Source: Octopus sinensis (Eukaryota). Taken from it: a stretch of DNA of 56,058 bases. This document shows, in pieces, positions 12,239-24,824 of the stretch (position 1 is the stretch's first letter; every line of letters begins with the position of its first letter). The position numbers were made by a program, and so were the translations under genes. The notes under the pieces are model-generated. The model was not told where the DNA came from and did not search any database. It saw nothing but the letters and a program-made list of their open reading frames with translations. The DNA lies in assembly GCF_006345805.1 (NCBI RefSeq), contig NW_021833858.1, positions 1 to 56,058 of the forward strand, read 5' to 3'.

Positions 12239-12470
12239 ATGTGTGTATCTGTGTGTGTGTATGTTTGTGTGTCTGCGTTTGTCCCCCCAACATCGCTAGA
12301 CAACCGATATTGGTGTGTTTACGTCTCCGTAACTTAGCGGTTTGGCAAAGAGGACCGATGGAATATTTACTAGACTTACAAAGAATAGGTCTTGGGGTCG
12401 ATTTGCACGACTGGAGGCGGTGCTGTAGTATGGCCGCTGTCAAATTACTGAAACAAGTAAATGAGTAAAG
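11969..12470 (+). mobile_element. SINE family A copy with internal (TA)/(TG)n
   Basis: GGGTTCAATCCCACTGCGTGACAC..; collinear with 2700-3148. Confidence 0.9.
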
Positions 12471-12967
12471 TGTAATTAATTTCTCTGTGGTTATTATAGA
12501 TAATATCGTTTCAGTATTGATTGAATGACTAAACAGTGGTTTGTCTCTAAATTCTCTCTGTCTGTCTGTCTCTCTCTCTCTATCTTTCTCTCTCTATATA
12601 TATATATATATATAAAATATTGTAGATTTTTGATTTAGTGTGCTAAATTGAATGTTTTCCCTGTGGCTTGGTATTATTATATCCCCTAACTATTAATAAA
12701 TATATATATATATATATGTAATGAATATGTACATATATATATATATATAATATATATATATATAATATTATATATATATATATATATATAATATATATAT
12801 ATGTAAATGAATATGTATATATATATACATACATATATACATATATATAATATGTATACATATATATACATATATCTAATACATATATATATACATATAT
12901 ATATATATGTAAATAAGTATGTATTATATATTATATATATATATATGTGTGTGTGTAAATGAATATG

Positions 12968-13012
<45 letters not shown>

Positions 13013-13443
13013 TTACATATTTATGTGTGTGCGTGTGTAGGTGTGTCCTATGTGCGTGTTCAATTGTTAAGGCCATTTCTGTACACTGCAAGTATAAACT
13101 TGTCTGTTGTATTTATGTGTGCGTATACACCAATACAAACACACAGAGGTATACACACACAGACAACATACACACACACACACACACACACCCACATATA
13201 TATAAATATATATTCATTTGGATAGTATTTCACAGCGTTGGTTGAGATTCATGGTTAGTGTCATGCAGTTCAGTTTTATTTGCAGAGACAGATTGTTTTA
13301 AATAAAAGAGAGTAAAGCTAAAACGTAGTGATTATTCAATACGAAATATATTTAACGAGAAAAGTTGTGTGCATTAGAAGTGGTAATTATTTCCTAAATT
13401 GTAAATATTTGAAGTGCTATTTATCACAATATAATACAGAAAT

Positions 13444-13798
13444 ATGTATTGGTTCTCAGTTAGTGCCGTCATTCGAAAAGTCAATCTTTACGCAATTACT
13501 CTCTCAATGCTATTATTCCAAATATGCCTGGGCAGTAATGCAGCATGCCAAGAATATTATGGGACCCGTATTCACCCTTCTGTAACTGGCATTCCAGAAG
13601 CTGACAAGTTGAATCAGATATCAAACATCCGATCAAAAATTGAGTGCTTTTCTCACTGTGTGGCGTATTCCAAATGTGGTATGATTATTTACAGCGTTTC
13701 CGATAAAATATGTATCCTACGTAAAATCAAGCAATTACCTGAAGCCTTACCATTCATCGACATTCCTCCAAACAGCATTTATACCATGCTACAAGCTC
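13444..13798 (+). CDS. Coding exon 1 of secreted PAN/Apple-C-type lectin protein (signal peptide plus PAN domain)
   Basis: ORF with signal-like RKVNLYAITLSMLLFQICLGSNA and PAN core CFSHCVAYSKCGMIIYSVSDKICIL (C-x3-C-x5-C-x11-C). Donor GCTC|GTGAGT at 13798/13799, phase 1. Start could be ATG 13444, ATG 13507, or an upstream exon spliced to the AG at 13458-13459. Confidence 0.8.
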
Positions 13799-14329
13799 GT
13801 GAGTAGTTTTCTTTTCTAGTCTATGTCTTGTGAATATTTTTACTTTTCCTTTCACTTTGTAGAATACGTTATTTGTTATTTAATTTAATATTAACAGGAT
13901 TCCTTTTAAAAGAATGGCTGATATCATCTGTAATCGGCGCTGTGTATACGTGTGCTTTTTGTTATTGTTGATTGAGGAACTGTTACGTATTTCTTTCCTT
14001 TTCTGTTATTTTTTAATTTCAACTTATTGAAGTGTTTCCATGATTGCAAACATAAACAATAATATCCCAAACTGTGTTCCACACGTTCCTGTCCACGTAA
14101 TTCGTCCGGAATCATTGAGGTTTCCCTTCAAGTTATATGTTATTATTGTTATTCATCCTGTTGCTATTATTATTCTGGTCATTGTTATTGTTCTGTTAGT
14201 TAAGGCTACGATCAACCCTGTTCGAGTTTAAATACATTTCCGCTAGATGAATGCATGCACGTACGTATGTATGCATGTAAGTATGTGTGTAATTATATAT
14301 ACGTATGTGTGTTATGTATGTGCCTATGT

Positions 14330-14555
14330 ATTTAAGTATGCATGTGGCTACAACATCATGTCTCATCGGTAGATTATAACGTGACGACATTTTCGGACAA
14401 CTACTTATGATGTCGGTGATATCTTCGATGTTAACGCCATTAAGTCTGCAACGGTTTTCACATTTTGCTGCATTTCCTGCATCTGTGTCCCTTTTCTGCA
14501 TCAGATATTTGGTTGATAATTCCTGTTCCTGGATTGCAAACACATACACTTCAAA
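14330..14555 (-). mobile_element. RLE-type LINE CCHC zinc-knuckle fragment
   Basis: CRLNGVNIEDITDIISSCPKMSSRYNLPMRHDVVA matches the CRxC..ETIxHIxSxCP..RHD pattern seen in the better-preserved copies. Confidence 0.7.
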
Positions 14556-15109
14556 GTGGAAGTTAGTATTCTGATTTTATCCGTTTCTTTATCTATCCGA
14601 ACTTTGCTATTGATCTTCTATATTGAATGAAGCGCTTTCACTTAATTTGAAATTTATAGTTATGAAAGCCAAAAAAACAATATAGGAAAAAAATAAAATA
14701 GGAATTCTTACATGCTGGAATGGGCAGTCACAACCCAAACCACGAAAAGAATTCTTATGGTAAGTTGCTTGTGGGTACTAGAATGAATAAAAATGGTGAT
14801 CTCATATCAAAATAAGCGCACCTGGTCTTGCTGGAGGCCCGTCCCACTCAAAATTCTATGAAAAAGAGTTGTTTAAGGATGCTGAACAAAACACCTGTAT
14901 ATCTAGTGGTGAATTAATAAAATCTCAAGCTATTTCTCTGAATACCTGGCTATGATGTTCCCCCAACTCTTCTGCTCGAGATCAGAGATACACATATTGT
15001 CAGCCACCAAGGGACATGCTCAACTGGTTAAGGTTAAGCAACTGGCAAGCAAATCTGTGGTATTGAGTAGAATATTTGTTGTAACACATTTTCTGTTCTA
15101 CTAAAGACA

Positions 15110-15303
15110 CAAGACCTGAAATTTGGAGAAAGGATAGTCGAGTTTATCGACACCAGTACGTAACTGGTATGCATTTCATCGACCGTGAAAGGATGAAAGG
15201 AAAAGTCAAGCACGGCAGAATTTGAACTAAGAACGTAGTGACGGGTAAAATACCACTAGTCATTTCGTCCAGCGTGCTAACGATTCTCCCAGCTCGCAGC
15301 CTT
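15110..15303 (-). mobile_element. SINE family B copy (intron 1)
   Basis: GGATGAAAGGAAAAGTCAAGCACGGCAGAATTTGAACTAAGAACGT is the reverse complement of the family B head. Confidence 0.8.
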
Positions 15304-15410
15304 GCTGTAGCACATATTGTAGCCCGACAAAAAACAAATGCATGATAACACTTCGAATCAGATAAGATCTGAGGCCTTGAGAGATAGTGTCTGGTATAGC
15401 ATCAGGGCAA

Positions 15411-15439
15411 TTATTATTATTATTTTATTATTATTATTA

Positions 15440-15485
<46 letters not shown>

Positions 15486-15502
15486 TTATTATTATTATTA
15501 TT
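15411..15502. repeat. (TTA)n tract at 3' junction of retrotransposon A
   Basis: Directly visible. Confidence 0.95.
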
Positions 15503-18500
15503 CAGTAGTTTTATTTTTATAGCGTGCTTTCACTTCACTACCGAGCGCAGCTCTGTCTGCCTTGGGTATGTGCTGTGATTTGTTGTGATGCTCTGATGGT
15601 TATTGTATGGAAAGTGTTTTGCGTAGGATGTGTGCAGTGCCTAGTAGTGCAATTTTCTGTATGTTATATGTGTTTGTAAGTCCTGGTGTTTTTGTTATGT
15701 ATTTGTCTGAATATTTTTTATCATGCCTAATGCACCTACTATGATAGGAATTGTTTCTGTTTTCAGATTCCACATTCTAGTTACCTCTATTTCCAGGTCT
15801 TTGTATTTTGAGAGTTTCTCCATTTCTTTTAGAGACACGTTGTCATCTGCCGGTATTGATACATCAATTAGAAAGCATTTTTTTTCTTCATGATCTCTGA
15901 CAACTATATCTGGTCTGTTGGCCTTAATTTCTCTATCTGTGTGCATCGGCATATCCCAGAGTATGGTTGCTTTCTCGTTTTCTGTGACCTTTTCTGGTGT
16001 GTGCCTATACCATCATTTTTCTGTTGTTATTCCATAATATTGGCATAGCTTCCAATGTATGTAGGTTCCAACTCTGTCGTGTCTGTGAATATATTCCTTC
16101 TTAGCCAGGATTGGGCAGCTAGAGATAATATGATTTATTGTTTCTTGTCCATCTCCACATATTCTGCAGTTACTTGTAATATTTCTTTTCCTTACATGTT
16201 TTTGGTAATTTCTGGTGGGGAGGCTTTGGTCTTGTGCTGCAATTAAAAATCCTTCTGTTTCTGCTTTGAGTCCTGAGCTTCTCAACCATTGCTGGGATTT
16301 TTCTTTGTCTATTTCTTTTGCGTTTAGTTTAGTGCAGTATTTACCATGAAGGGGCTTTTCTTGCCATCGTTTTATCATGGTTCGTTGCTGTTCTATTTTT
16401 AGTTTGGATTTCATTTGTTTTATAGCTTTTGTTGTTTCTTCATCTTCTTCTTCTTTCTTCTTCTTCTTCTTTCTTCTTCTTCATGTTTATTAGGTGGTAT
16501 GATTTCTTGTTTGTATTTGTCGGCTTCCTTAAATACTGAGAACAGTTTTTTGTTTTGCTCGTGTTTTGCCGCTATGTGTATCAGTTTTCCTTCCTTCTGA
16601 AGTAGATATTTTTGCAGTCCTATGGTGGTTATTTTATAGTAGTTTTCCAGCTGTATAAGGCCTCTACACCTTCTATACGTTGTATATATAGTCTTTCTAT
16701 GTCAGATTGTGGGTGATGCATCCTAGATCCTGTCATTATTTTTCTTGTTTTCCTATCTATTTTGGTCAGTTCATTTCGTGTCCAGTCAAGGATATTGTAG
16801 CTGTAACTTATAACTGGAACAGCTAAAGTGTTAATACCTATTATCTTGTTTTTAGCATTGAGCTCTGTTTTTAGTATTGATCTGACTCGTCTATAATATT
16901 CTTTTTTTATTTTCTCTTTCATTTGTGTGTGTTGTGTCTTATCTGGTTCATGGATTCCTAAGTATTTGTAAGTTTGGCTTTGGTCTAATTCTTTTATTTC
17001 ATTGGTTTTATCTAGTGTGATGTTGCTACTCTTAACTAGTTTTCCTCTTTTCATGGTTACTTTGGCGCATTTTTCTAATCCAAATTTCATATCTATTTCT
17101 TTGGTAAATCCATGAACTGTCTTTAATAGTGTTTCCAGCTGTTTGTCATTTGCAGCGTATAGTTTTAGGTCATCCATATATAAAAGGTGGCTGATCATTT
17201 TGCCGTAACATTTATATCCGCATCCAGTTCTATTTAGTATATCAGATAGAGGTGACAGTGCCAAGCAGAAAAGGAGTGGAGAGAGCGTGTCTCCCTGGAA
17301 TATTCCTCTTCTAATGGGGATGGCTTTGGTTTTCATGAGTCCCTCTTTTGTTTGGAGGTGTAGGACTGTTTGCCATTTATTCATAGAGTGCCCTATGAAT
17401 TTTATGATTGTTGGTGCTACTTTGTTAATGGCTAGTGTTTCGAGGATCCATGTTTGGGGGATGCTATCAAACGCATTTTTGTAGTCAATCCAGGTTATAC
17501 TGAGGCCTTTCTTCTTTCTGTGGCTGTCTTCAGTTATGGCTTTATTAATCATTAGTTGATCTTTACAGCCATATGAGCCTTTGCGGCATCCTTTCTGCTC
17601 TTCTGGGAACAGTTTGTTTTCATCCAGGTGCTTGTTCAACCTTTGAGATATCACTGCAGTAAATGCCTTGAACATAGTAGGGAGGCAGTTTATTGGTCTG
17701 TAGTTTTCTGGTTTTGCTGTTTCATTTGATTTGGGAATTAAGATGGTTTTCCCCTTCGTGAGCCATTCAGGCATTGTCTCTGGCTCTGCTAGTATGTTGT
17801 TAAAGTTTTCAGCCAGCTTTTTGTGCATTCCTGTTAGATATTTCAACCAGAAGTTGGGGATCTTGTCATGCCCAGGTGCCTTCCAGTTGCTTAGTCTTTG
17901 CGGTGCCTGGGTGACCTCTTCAGTTGTTATGGGGGTCCAAAGTTGTTCAGATGCCGAGTTTGTTATTTTGATACTCCTTTTTTTTGGTTGTTCATTCGCC
18001 GACCATATTTCTCTCCAGAATTCTTCCAATTCTTCTGCCGTTGGTGCTGCAGTGACTTCTATTTTATTTTTGCCAAGTTCTTGGTAGAACTTTTTGGGGT
18101 TGGATTTGAACTGTTTGTTTTGTTCAAAGAAGCGCTGGCGTTTCTCGTACCGGCGGATCCTTTGTGCTTTGGCAAGGATATCTTGCTTCAGCTTTGCTTT
18201 TATCTCAGGCAAATCTTTCTCTGTGATGTTATATTTGCGGAGTATTTTGTTTTCTTTTTGTTGCTCAGTAGCGTTGATTGTTTGCTGATTTCATTAAGAA
18301 TCGACAGATCTTTTCTAATTTTTTTCATTTTGTTTTGGATGTTATTTATCCACAGTGTTTGTTTGGGTGGTGGTACTCCTGTTTGGACGGGTTTGATTGA
18401 ATATCCAGCTTCTTTTGTGGCTTCAGTGGCTGCTGCGACTACTAAGTCATTTAGCTCAGTGATATCGCTTTTTGTTTCAGTGGCTATTAGTTCCGTGACG

Positions 18501-19034
18501 GCTAGGTTTATGTTGTTTATAATTGGTGTTGTTGTTTCGTCTATTTTGGTTTTTGAAGGTATGGTCGGTGGTCCATCTTGAGATCTGTGTTTTCCAGTTC
18601 TTTGATTATTCTACTTTTTATAGTATCGTAATCATTAGGCTCCCCTTCGTTGTTTCCAGATTTTACATTTGTGTCACTTTTTTCACGTTCGTATGTTTGT
18701 TTGTCGTGTTTTGGCTTGATGTTTGTCGTGTATTATTATGCATACTTACGGTCTGGGTTTCTTGTTTTTTGTTTACATCGTGTTTGTTGGGAATGTTACG
18801 TTTGTCTTCGTGTTTTACTGTTTCAGTGTTTATATTGTTAGGCATTGTTGTGTGGTTTCTATCTCAATTCACCTGATGTATTTTTTTAGATGTTCTATTT
18901 CTATTTCTGATATTTTTTTTGCGTTCAGAATGTAACTTCGTACATTACCTAGTTTATTAGGGTTCATTGCTGTATCCAAGTCTATATATATATTATTTTC
19001 CTTCCATAGTTTATATGTATGTGTTGTTGTGTTT

Positions 19035-19036
<2 letters not shown>
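15503..19036 (-). mobile_element. Near-full-length RLE-type non-LTR retrotransposon (R4/Dong-like), copy A
   Basis: 527-aa ORF 16629-18212 with RT motifs (WKAPGHDK, NYRPINCL, EQKGC, WIDYKNAFDS, GIFQGDTLSPLLF, LYMDDLKL), then CCHC (CRICGDGQETINHIISSC) and RLE (NRPDIVV..LIDVSIP..K.SKY) in frameshifted ORFs. (TAA)n on both sides; reading frame already open at the 5' junction. Confidence 0.95.

Positions 19037-19108
<72 letters not shown>
19037..19108. repeat. Pure (TTA)n spacer between copies A and B
   Basis: Directly visible. Confidence 0.95.
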
Positions 19109-19111
<3 letters not shown>

Positions 19112-20187
19112 TAGTTTTATTTTTATAGCGTGCTTTCACTTTACTACCGAGCGCAGCTCTGTGTGCCTTGGGTATGTGCTGTGATTTGTTGTGATGCTCT
19201 GATGGTTATTGGATGGAAAGTGTTCTGCGTAGGATGTGTGCAGTGCCTAGTAGTGCAATTTTCTGTATGTTATATGTGTTTGTAAGTCCTGGTGTTTTTG
19301 TTATGTATTTGTCTGAATATTTTTTTATCATGCCTAATGCACCTACTATGATAGGAATTGTTTCTGTTTTCAGATTCCACATTCTAGTTACCTCTATTTC
19401 CAGGTCTTTGTATTTTGAGAGTTTCTCCATTTCTTTTAGAGCCACGTTGTCATCTGCCGGTATTGATACATCAATTAGAAAGCATTTTTTTTCTTCATGA
19501 TCTCTGACAACTATATCTGGTCTGTTGGCCTTAATTTCTCTATCTGTGTGTATCGGCATATCCCAGAGTATGGTTGCTTTCTCGTTTTCTGTGACCTTTT
19601 CTGGTGTGTGCCTATACCATCTTTTTTCTGTTGTTATTCCATAATGTTGGCATAGCTTCCAATGTATGTATGTTCCAACTCTGTCATGTCTGTGAATATA
19701 TTCCTTCTTAGCCAGGACTGGGCAGCTAGAGATAATATGATTTATTGTTTCTTGTCCATCGCCACATATTCTGCAGTTACTTGTAATATTTCTTTTCATT
19801 ACATGTTTTTGGTAATTTCTGGTGGGGAGGCTTTGGTCTTGTGCTGCAATTAAAAATCCCTCTGTTTCTGCTTTGAGTCCTGAGCTTCTCAACCATTGCT
19901 GGGATTTTTCTTTGTCTATTTCTTTTGCGTTTAGTTTAGTGCAGTATTTACCATGAAGGGGCTTTTCTTGCCATCGTTTTATCATGGCTCGTTGCTGTTC
20001 TATTTTTAGTTTGGATTTCATTTGTTTTATAGCTTTTGTTGTTTCTTCATCTTCTTCTTCTTCTTCTTCTTCTTCATGTTTATTAGGTGGTATGATTTCT
20101 TGTTTGTATTTGTCAGCTTCCTTAAATACTGAGAACAGTTTTTTGTTTTGCTCGTGTTTTGCCGCTATCTGGATCAGTTTTCCTTCC
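19109..20187 (-). mobile_element. 5'-truncated R4/Dong-like copy B with uninterrupted CCHC plus RLE coding
   Basis: ORF 19206-20333. Differs from 15503-16597 by roughly 18 substitutions (hand count) plus the (GAA)n tract; flanked by (TAA)n on both sides. Confidence 0.95.
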
Positions 20188-20282
<95 letters not shown>

Positions 20283-20320
20283 GTAATTATTATTATTAGC
20301 ATTATTACTGTTATCATTAT
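20188..20320. repeat. (TTA)n tract between copy B and copy C
   Basis: Directly visible. Confidence 0.95.
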
Positions 20321-20329
20321 TATATACAC

Positions 20330-21440
20330 GCACAAGAGATTAGCCTGTTGTAAAAGAAAAAAAATCCTAACATCGAGCTACAAGTGACCTTAGATGTCTA
20401 GAACACTCCTAAGTATCCTAGCTGTCCCTAATAACACTGTTTTCTGAAGCTTTACTAAACTGGCTTTATGCCTATTTCCTCTATCCATCTGTTCAGATCT
20501 ACAGGGATAGTTCCCAATACACATATAACTAATGGAATACGTTTTACCTGCACTTTCCGTAGTTTCTGTAATTCTATGGATAGGACCTTGTAATTTACTA
20601 TTTTTCTATATCTCCTATATTGAATTTTTCCTCAATTGGGACCGTGAAATCAATTATCTGGCACATTATATTCTCTTTATCTACCACTACTAAATCAAGC
20701 CTTCTAGTTTCTATTACTCCGTCAGTCTGAATGTTAAATTCCCACAACATCTTGTATTCCTTATTTTCTGGTACTTTACTTGATTCATATTCATACTATT
20801 TATTAGTATGTTCAAATCTTAGCTTTCAACATAACTCCTAGTTGACTACTTTCCCTAGTTGTCATGTCTTTTCTTGTATTATTTCTATGCCAGCATCCTA
20901 CTTTCATTTACTATATCAGTAATGCTTTCCTCGTTTGATTTGCATAATCTAGACTGGGAATCTACTTGGATTTTTCTATCTTGGCTTTTATCCAATTAGT
21001 TCTTAGTACATGATTTTGTGCAGCTACTAACAAACCTTATGTCTCCCTTTTCAGCTTTTATTTCTGCAATCATAATCATGTCTTACTACTTCTATTTGCT
21101 GCAACTATCTTTGAGAATCTATAATCCAACGCCTTCTCGTGTCAGTCAGATACTCTCTGTTTATTTTTTCTTGTTTTTGAATTCGATTGGGGTTTTGGTT
21201 ACCTTGTGCCTTGCTGTGATTCTAACACTTTTAATAAACTTTCTTCACTGTTATCTACAGAGGAGTCTATATCTGCTCTAGCTATCTCCACGCAGTCTTC
21301 TACTGATATTAACTCTCTTCTGCCTTTCTTTCTAGATAAGTATAATCTTACTACTCCTGCTCTTAGGTGGAATTCTCTATTCATATTGAATTCCTTCCTA
21401 GTTCTTCTGTTTAGCTGTGGTCATTCTGCATCTTTACTGA
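20330..21440 (-). mobile_element. Older decayed RLE-type LINE of a different family, copy C
   Basis: Minus strand gives HLRAGVVRLYLSRKKGRRELISVEDCV and terminal KLQKTVLLGTARILRSVLDI; the 3' end abuts (TAA)n. Confidence 0.8.
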
Positions 21441-21499
21441 TCCACTGCCGAATGAGAGGCCTTCACTTACAGGTTCAGATTCATGTTCGCTGTTGCAAC

Positions 21500-22150
21500 T
21501 AAAAGATTTCGTAAACTCCTGTCTCACATGAACTGAGGTAAAGTAACGTTCATCACCATCGTCAATCAGCTATAGTTGGAAATCATTTAAAAAACCAAAA
21601 CTGCACTATGTCACTCGAAGTTGTCAAGATTGTGTTCATAAATGTGTTAAGTAAAACACAAGGTCTGAGTAACTGAAAAGAATTGAAGGCGATGAAGAAG
21701 GCAATTTTTAGAATAAAATTAGAGTTGTTTGAGGTAAGAACAACAGTCTGAATGTTCTTAAGTTAGAAAGGTTACATCTTTAAATTTTAATGATACAGTT
21801 ACCTGTTTCCATACACGTTCATTAAGAGATGTGAAGTATTAAAATACATGAGTTTAGCACCAGCTCATGAGTATACATTTATAACTTTCGAGGATAGAAT
21901 ATCAACTGGACACATTCTTTTGTGGAAATTTGATGAATAAGAGATTGTAACACCTAATAAATAGGTGCATGGGTGTTGGACAAATTGCTCTTGAAAAGAA
22001 AATTCTGGAAAACAATTCATTGAGAATACAGAAACGAAACTGGGAGGGAAATGACTACCAATTCCACTTGCTCATCAGTTCAACTTGCTCATCAATTCAA
22101 TTTGACTATCAATTCAACTACAGTTATAAATCAATCTCAGTTGAGGTGTA
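21500..22150 (-). mobile_element. Possible very decayed Penelope-like RT relic
   Basis: Only weak motif echoes (LNTFMN, R.VDD-like) in frameshifted translation. Confidence 0.25.
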
Positions 22151-22270
22151 TTGGGTAAGAGAAGATACCTCTAAGTCATATTACAGTTAATGGGGGTCAG
22201 AAATAAGTGTTCAGTCATTACTTTTCCAAAAGGTTTAACACATGATATATTTTTCCTTGTCTTTCTAAAG

Positions 22271-22444
22271 CTGAATGTCCTACATCAGCCGGCTACACTT
22301 ACCACCCAAAATTTAGATTGTGTTTTCGAGTAAGTACAAGTAAAACATCATGGAATGACGCTGCAGACGATTGCAATAAGGATCGAGGACAACTTATCCA
22401 CGCGGAAAATAAAGAAATAATGGAGTATATACAGAAGGAATTGG
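22271..22444 (+). CDS. Coding exon 2: N-terminal half of C-type lectin domain
   Basis: Acceptor CTTTCTAAAG|CT, donor TTGG|GTGAGT, phase 1/1, 174 nt. PECPTSAGYTYHPKFRLCFRVSTSKTSWNDAADDCNKDRGQLIHAENKEIMEYIQKEL shows long-form CTLD Cys spacing and SW.DA..C..G.L. Confidence 0.9.
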
Positions 22445-22825
22445 GTGAGTAACATTTTACTATTTCATACACACTCTCCCTCACACATAGCAAGCTCTCA
22501 TTCTCTCTCTCCTTATGTATCTATCTCACACACACACACACACACGTACGCTCACACACTCTCTCACACACACACACACACACATTCAAACGAAAATGTA
22601 CGCAAGATGTATCTAATATCAAACTATAAATGTTTAATGACATTCTTAATTTAAATTTTCACAAATAAAACTCGCAGATATAATTCCGACTTTGGTCTAA
22701 CCTTTTTTCATTTGTACTCTCTACTCTGATTGTTTCGTTTACGTTGAGAAAATACATAGGCTTTTGATAAACTACTGAATTTAATCATTTAATTCACACA
22801 TAAATTGTTAAAGAATTATAGTATA

Positions 22826-23290
22826 CTAGCAGTATAGCTCGGCTTTTCTCGGGATTAAGTTAGTATTATTAAGCTAATCAAGCTGTTTATTTCCAACCAA
22901 ACTAACATCGACGTCAAATTTGAGCGAAATCCGTTGAAATTGGTAAACTTTTGGCTGAAAATGAGTTACAGACAATATGATTGGGAAATCCCATAAGCAA
23001 TCGGTTTATCGGTTTTTGCCACTCATCGATTTTTTTTTCGTTTTTGGAGAACTTAAAGCATCCAAAGATCCCATGAATCCTAAGTAATGCTGGCATCAAG
23101 TTTGAAGAAAATACATCAAAATTGGTAACAGTTATAGTTGAAAATGGGTTGTAGCCAATTTTATTGGGAAATCCTCTAAGGAATCGGTTTATCAATTTTT
23201 AAATATGCTGATTAAATGGAAAACCCCATAAGGAATCAGTATATTGATTTTTTACCCCAAATAGAATTATTTTTATACTTTAAATTTGGT
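22826..23290 (-). mobile_element. Non-autonomous Helitron-like fragment (intron 2)
   Basis: Minus-strand 3' end CCCGAGAAAAGCCGAGCTATACTGCTAG|T (imperfect hairpin plus CTAG). Internal sub-repeats (GGAAATCCCATAAGGAATCGGTTTATC-like). 5' end not defined. Confidence 0.45.
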
Positions 23291-23329
23291 TTTCACACCC
23301 AACACAGTTCTGCAGAATCAGTGTCGCGA

Positions 23330-23920
23330 CGGGAGCGCATGGGTTGGGAGTTTGATCGGCAGAGGTGAACAGCGAGTATTCAAACGCCGACATCATGATT
23401 TCAGTTGAAAGAGTGATTTGTGAGAAATGTAGAGGCTGTAAGATGTGATATGTACATCATGGAAACAAAGTTACCCCAAAGTTGCTGGAATGATTCGTCT
23501 GGAAGCAGAATTCGTCTCCTTGCTCTATCTCAAGTGGTTGTCGTAAAATATTTACGATTTCACCAGCCCCAATTTCTGGGATCCTAAGTTCCCCAATTTT
23601 AATTCAACGGGTTACTATGTGTGTGGTGCAGTTGAGAAAGTAATCAAATGCGCTGCCTGCAACGCTAAGGCCGAGTTGTTCGAAGATTTACCTTTGTACA
23701 CATTGAGAAATGCATGGACCAAGTTTCGGACCTGTCTTGAGGCCGTGTTGGAAACTGAGGCCGTGTTGGAAACTGAGGCCGCTACCTTGAGTAAAGCATT
23801 ATTTGCTAACTATAATCTAGTTAATATCTAAAAACAAAAAATTATATTTTTTATTTAATTTTGGATGGAATATTGTGTTTTCTTGATATTTTATGCAAAC
23901 TGTCTAATTTAACCCGAACA
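23330..23920 (+). mobile_element. Decayed Tc1/mariner transposase C-terminus (intron 2)
   Basis: PNFNSTGYYVCGAVE..NAWTKFRTCLEAVLETE resembles SPD.NP.DYYVWG..FR.RLEAV; includes an 18-bp tandem duplication near 23750-23785. Confidence 0.65.
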
Positions 23921-24824
23921 CAGCTCAAAGAATTGGAGGAGCAATATTTCAATTACGTCGACTCTAATAGAATACTTGTTATTTCATCGATACTAGAGAG
24001 AAGGAAAACCAAAGTCCAATCTGAGTTCAAATAACACCCTGTCGGCAAAATCTGAACTCCGGATATAAAAAGTTGTGGCTTATAGCTATAAGGCTTTGTT
24101 CTTAATCCGTCTTTTTCTACTTTAATTTTGCAAATTACCATATTTTCTGTACATTAGTTATGATAAGTTAAAGAAAATTTTGTTTTCGTATAACTGCACT
24201 TCAATGACTGAATCCAATATACATGAATGTTGGGTTTCTTAGTTTTATTTTAGAGTGTTACGTTTATATCTGTATGAAAAGCGTGAAAATGTGTTTCTGA
24301 AAGTCGAAACTACATAGTGGGAATAATTCTAAACAATCAAGCCGATTTAAAACACTTTTTTTCAATCCAAGTTACATTAAATTTGGTTCAATCCGATAGT
24401 CCAATATATTCTCATATGTTAGGTACGTATATAGGAACGTATGTTTGTATGTACAAATATAGTTTTAAAACACAAATGGGGAACTCATTACATTCTGATG
24501 CGTTTAAAAATGTTAAGTCATTTCTCTCCTACCTGCAAAACACGGGACACACCACCGGATTATATGCAGATTTTGAGCTGCATCAGAGTGGGTGAAAATA
24601 ACTGCACTGAGTGATCATTTGACTGGTCCTAACTACATAATATAATCCAGAATGCATTGTGTAAGCACAAATAAGGCGGAATATCATGATTGATCATGGC
24701 TACGCTTGGGCTTAACAACAATAACAAGAATATCAATAAGATTCTATAATGGTAAAATATACATCGAATAATAAAATGTATTTGCATGCCGATTCTTGAT
24801 CTGTGATTTACGTTTGTTTTTCAG

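Noticed and set aside
12103-13245. Many ORFs of YI/CV/HT dipeptide repeats (also 2593-3083, 4481-4941, 25064-25454, 34670-35929, 36174-38907, 43635-43924)
   Set aside because: They are translations of (TA)n, (TG)n, (CTAT)n and (TAA)n microsatellites with no coding evidence.
15411-20320. Repeat-spacer-repeat pattern as a CRISPR-like array
   Set aside because: Repeats are simple (TAA)n, spacers are kilobase retrotransposons, and the DNA is eukaryotic with no cas genes.
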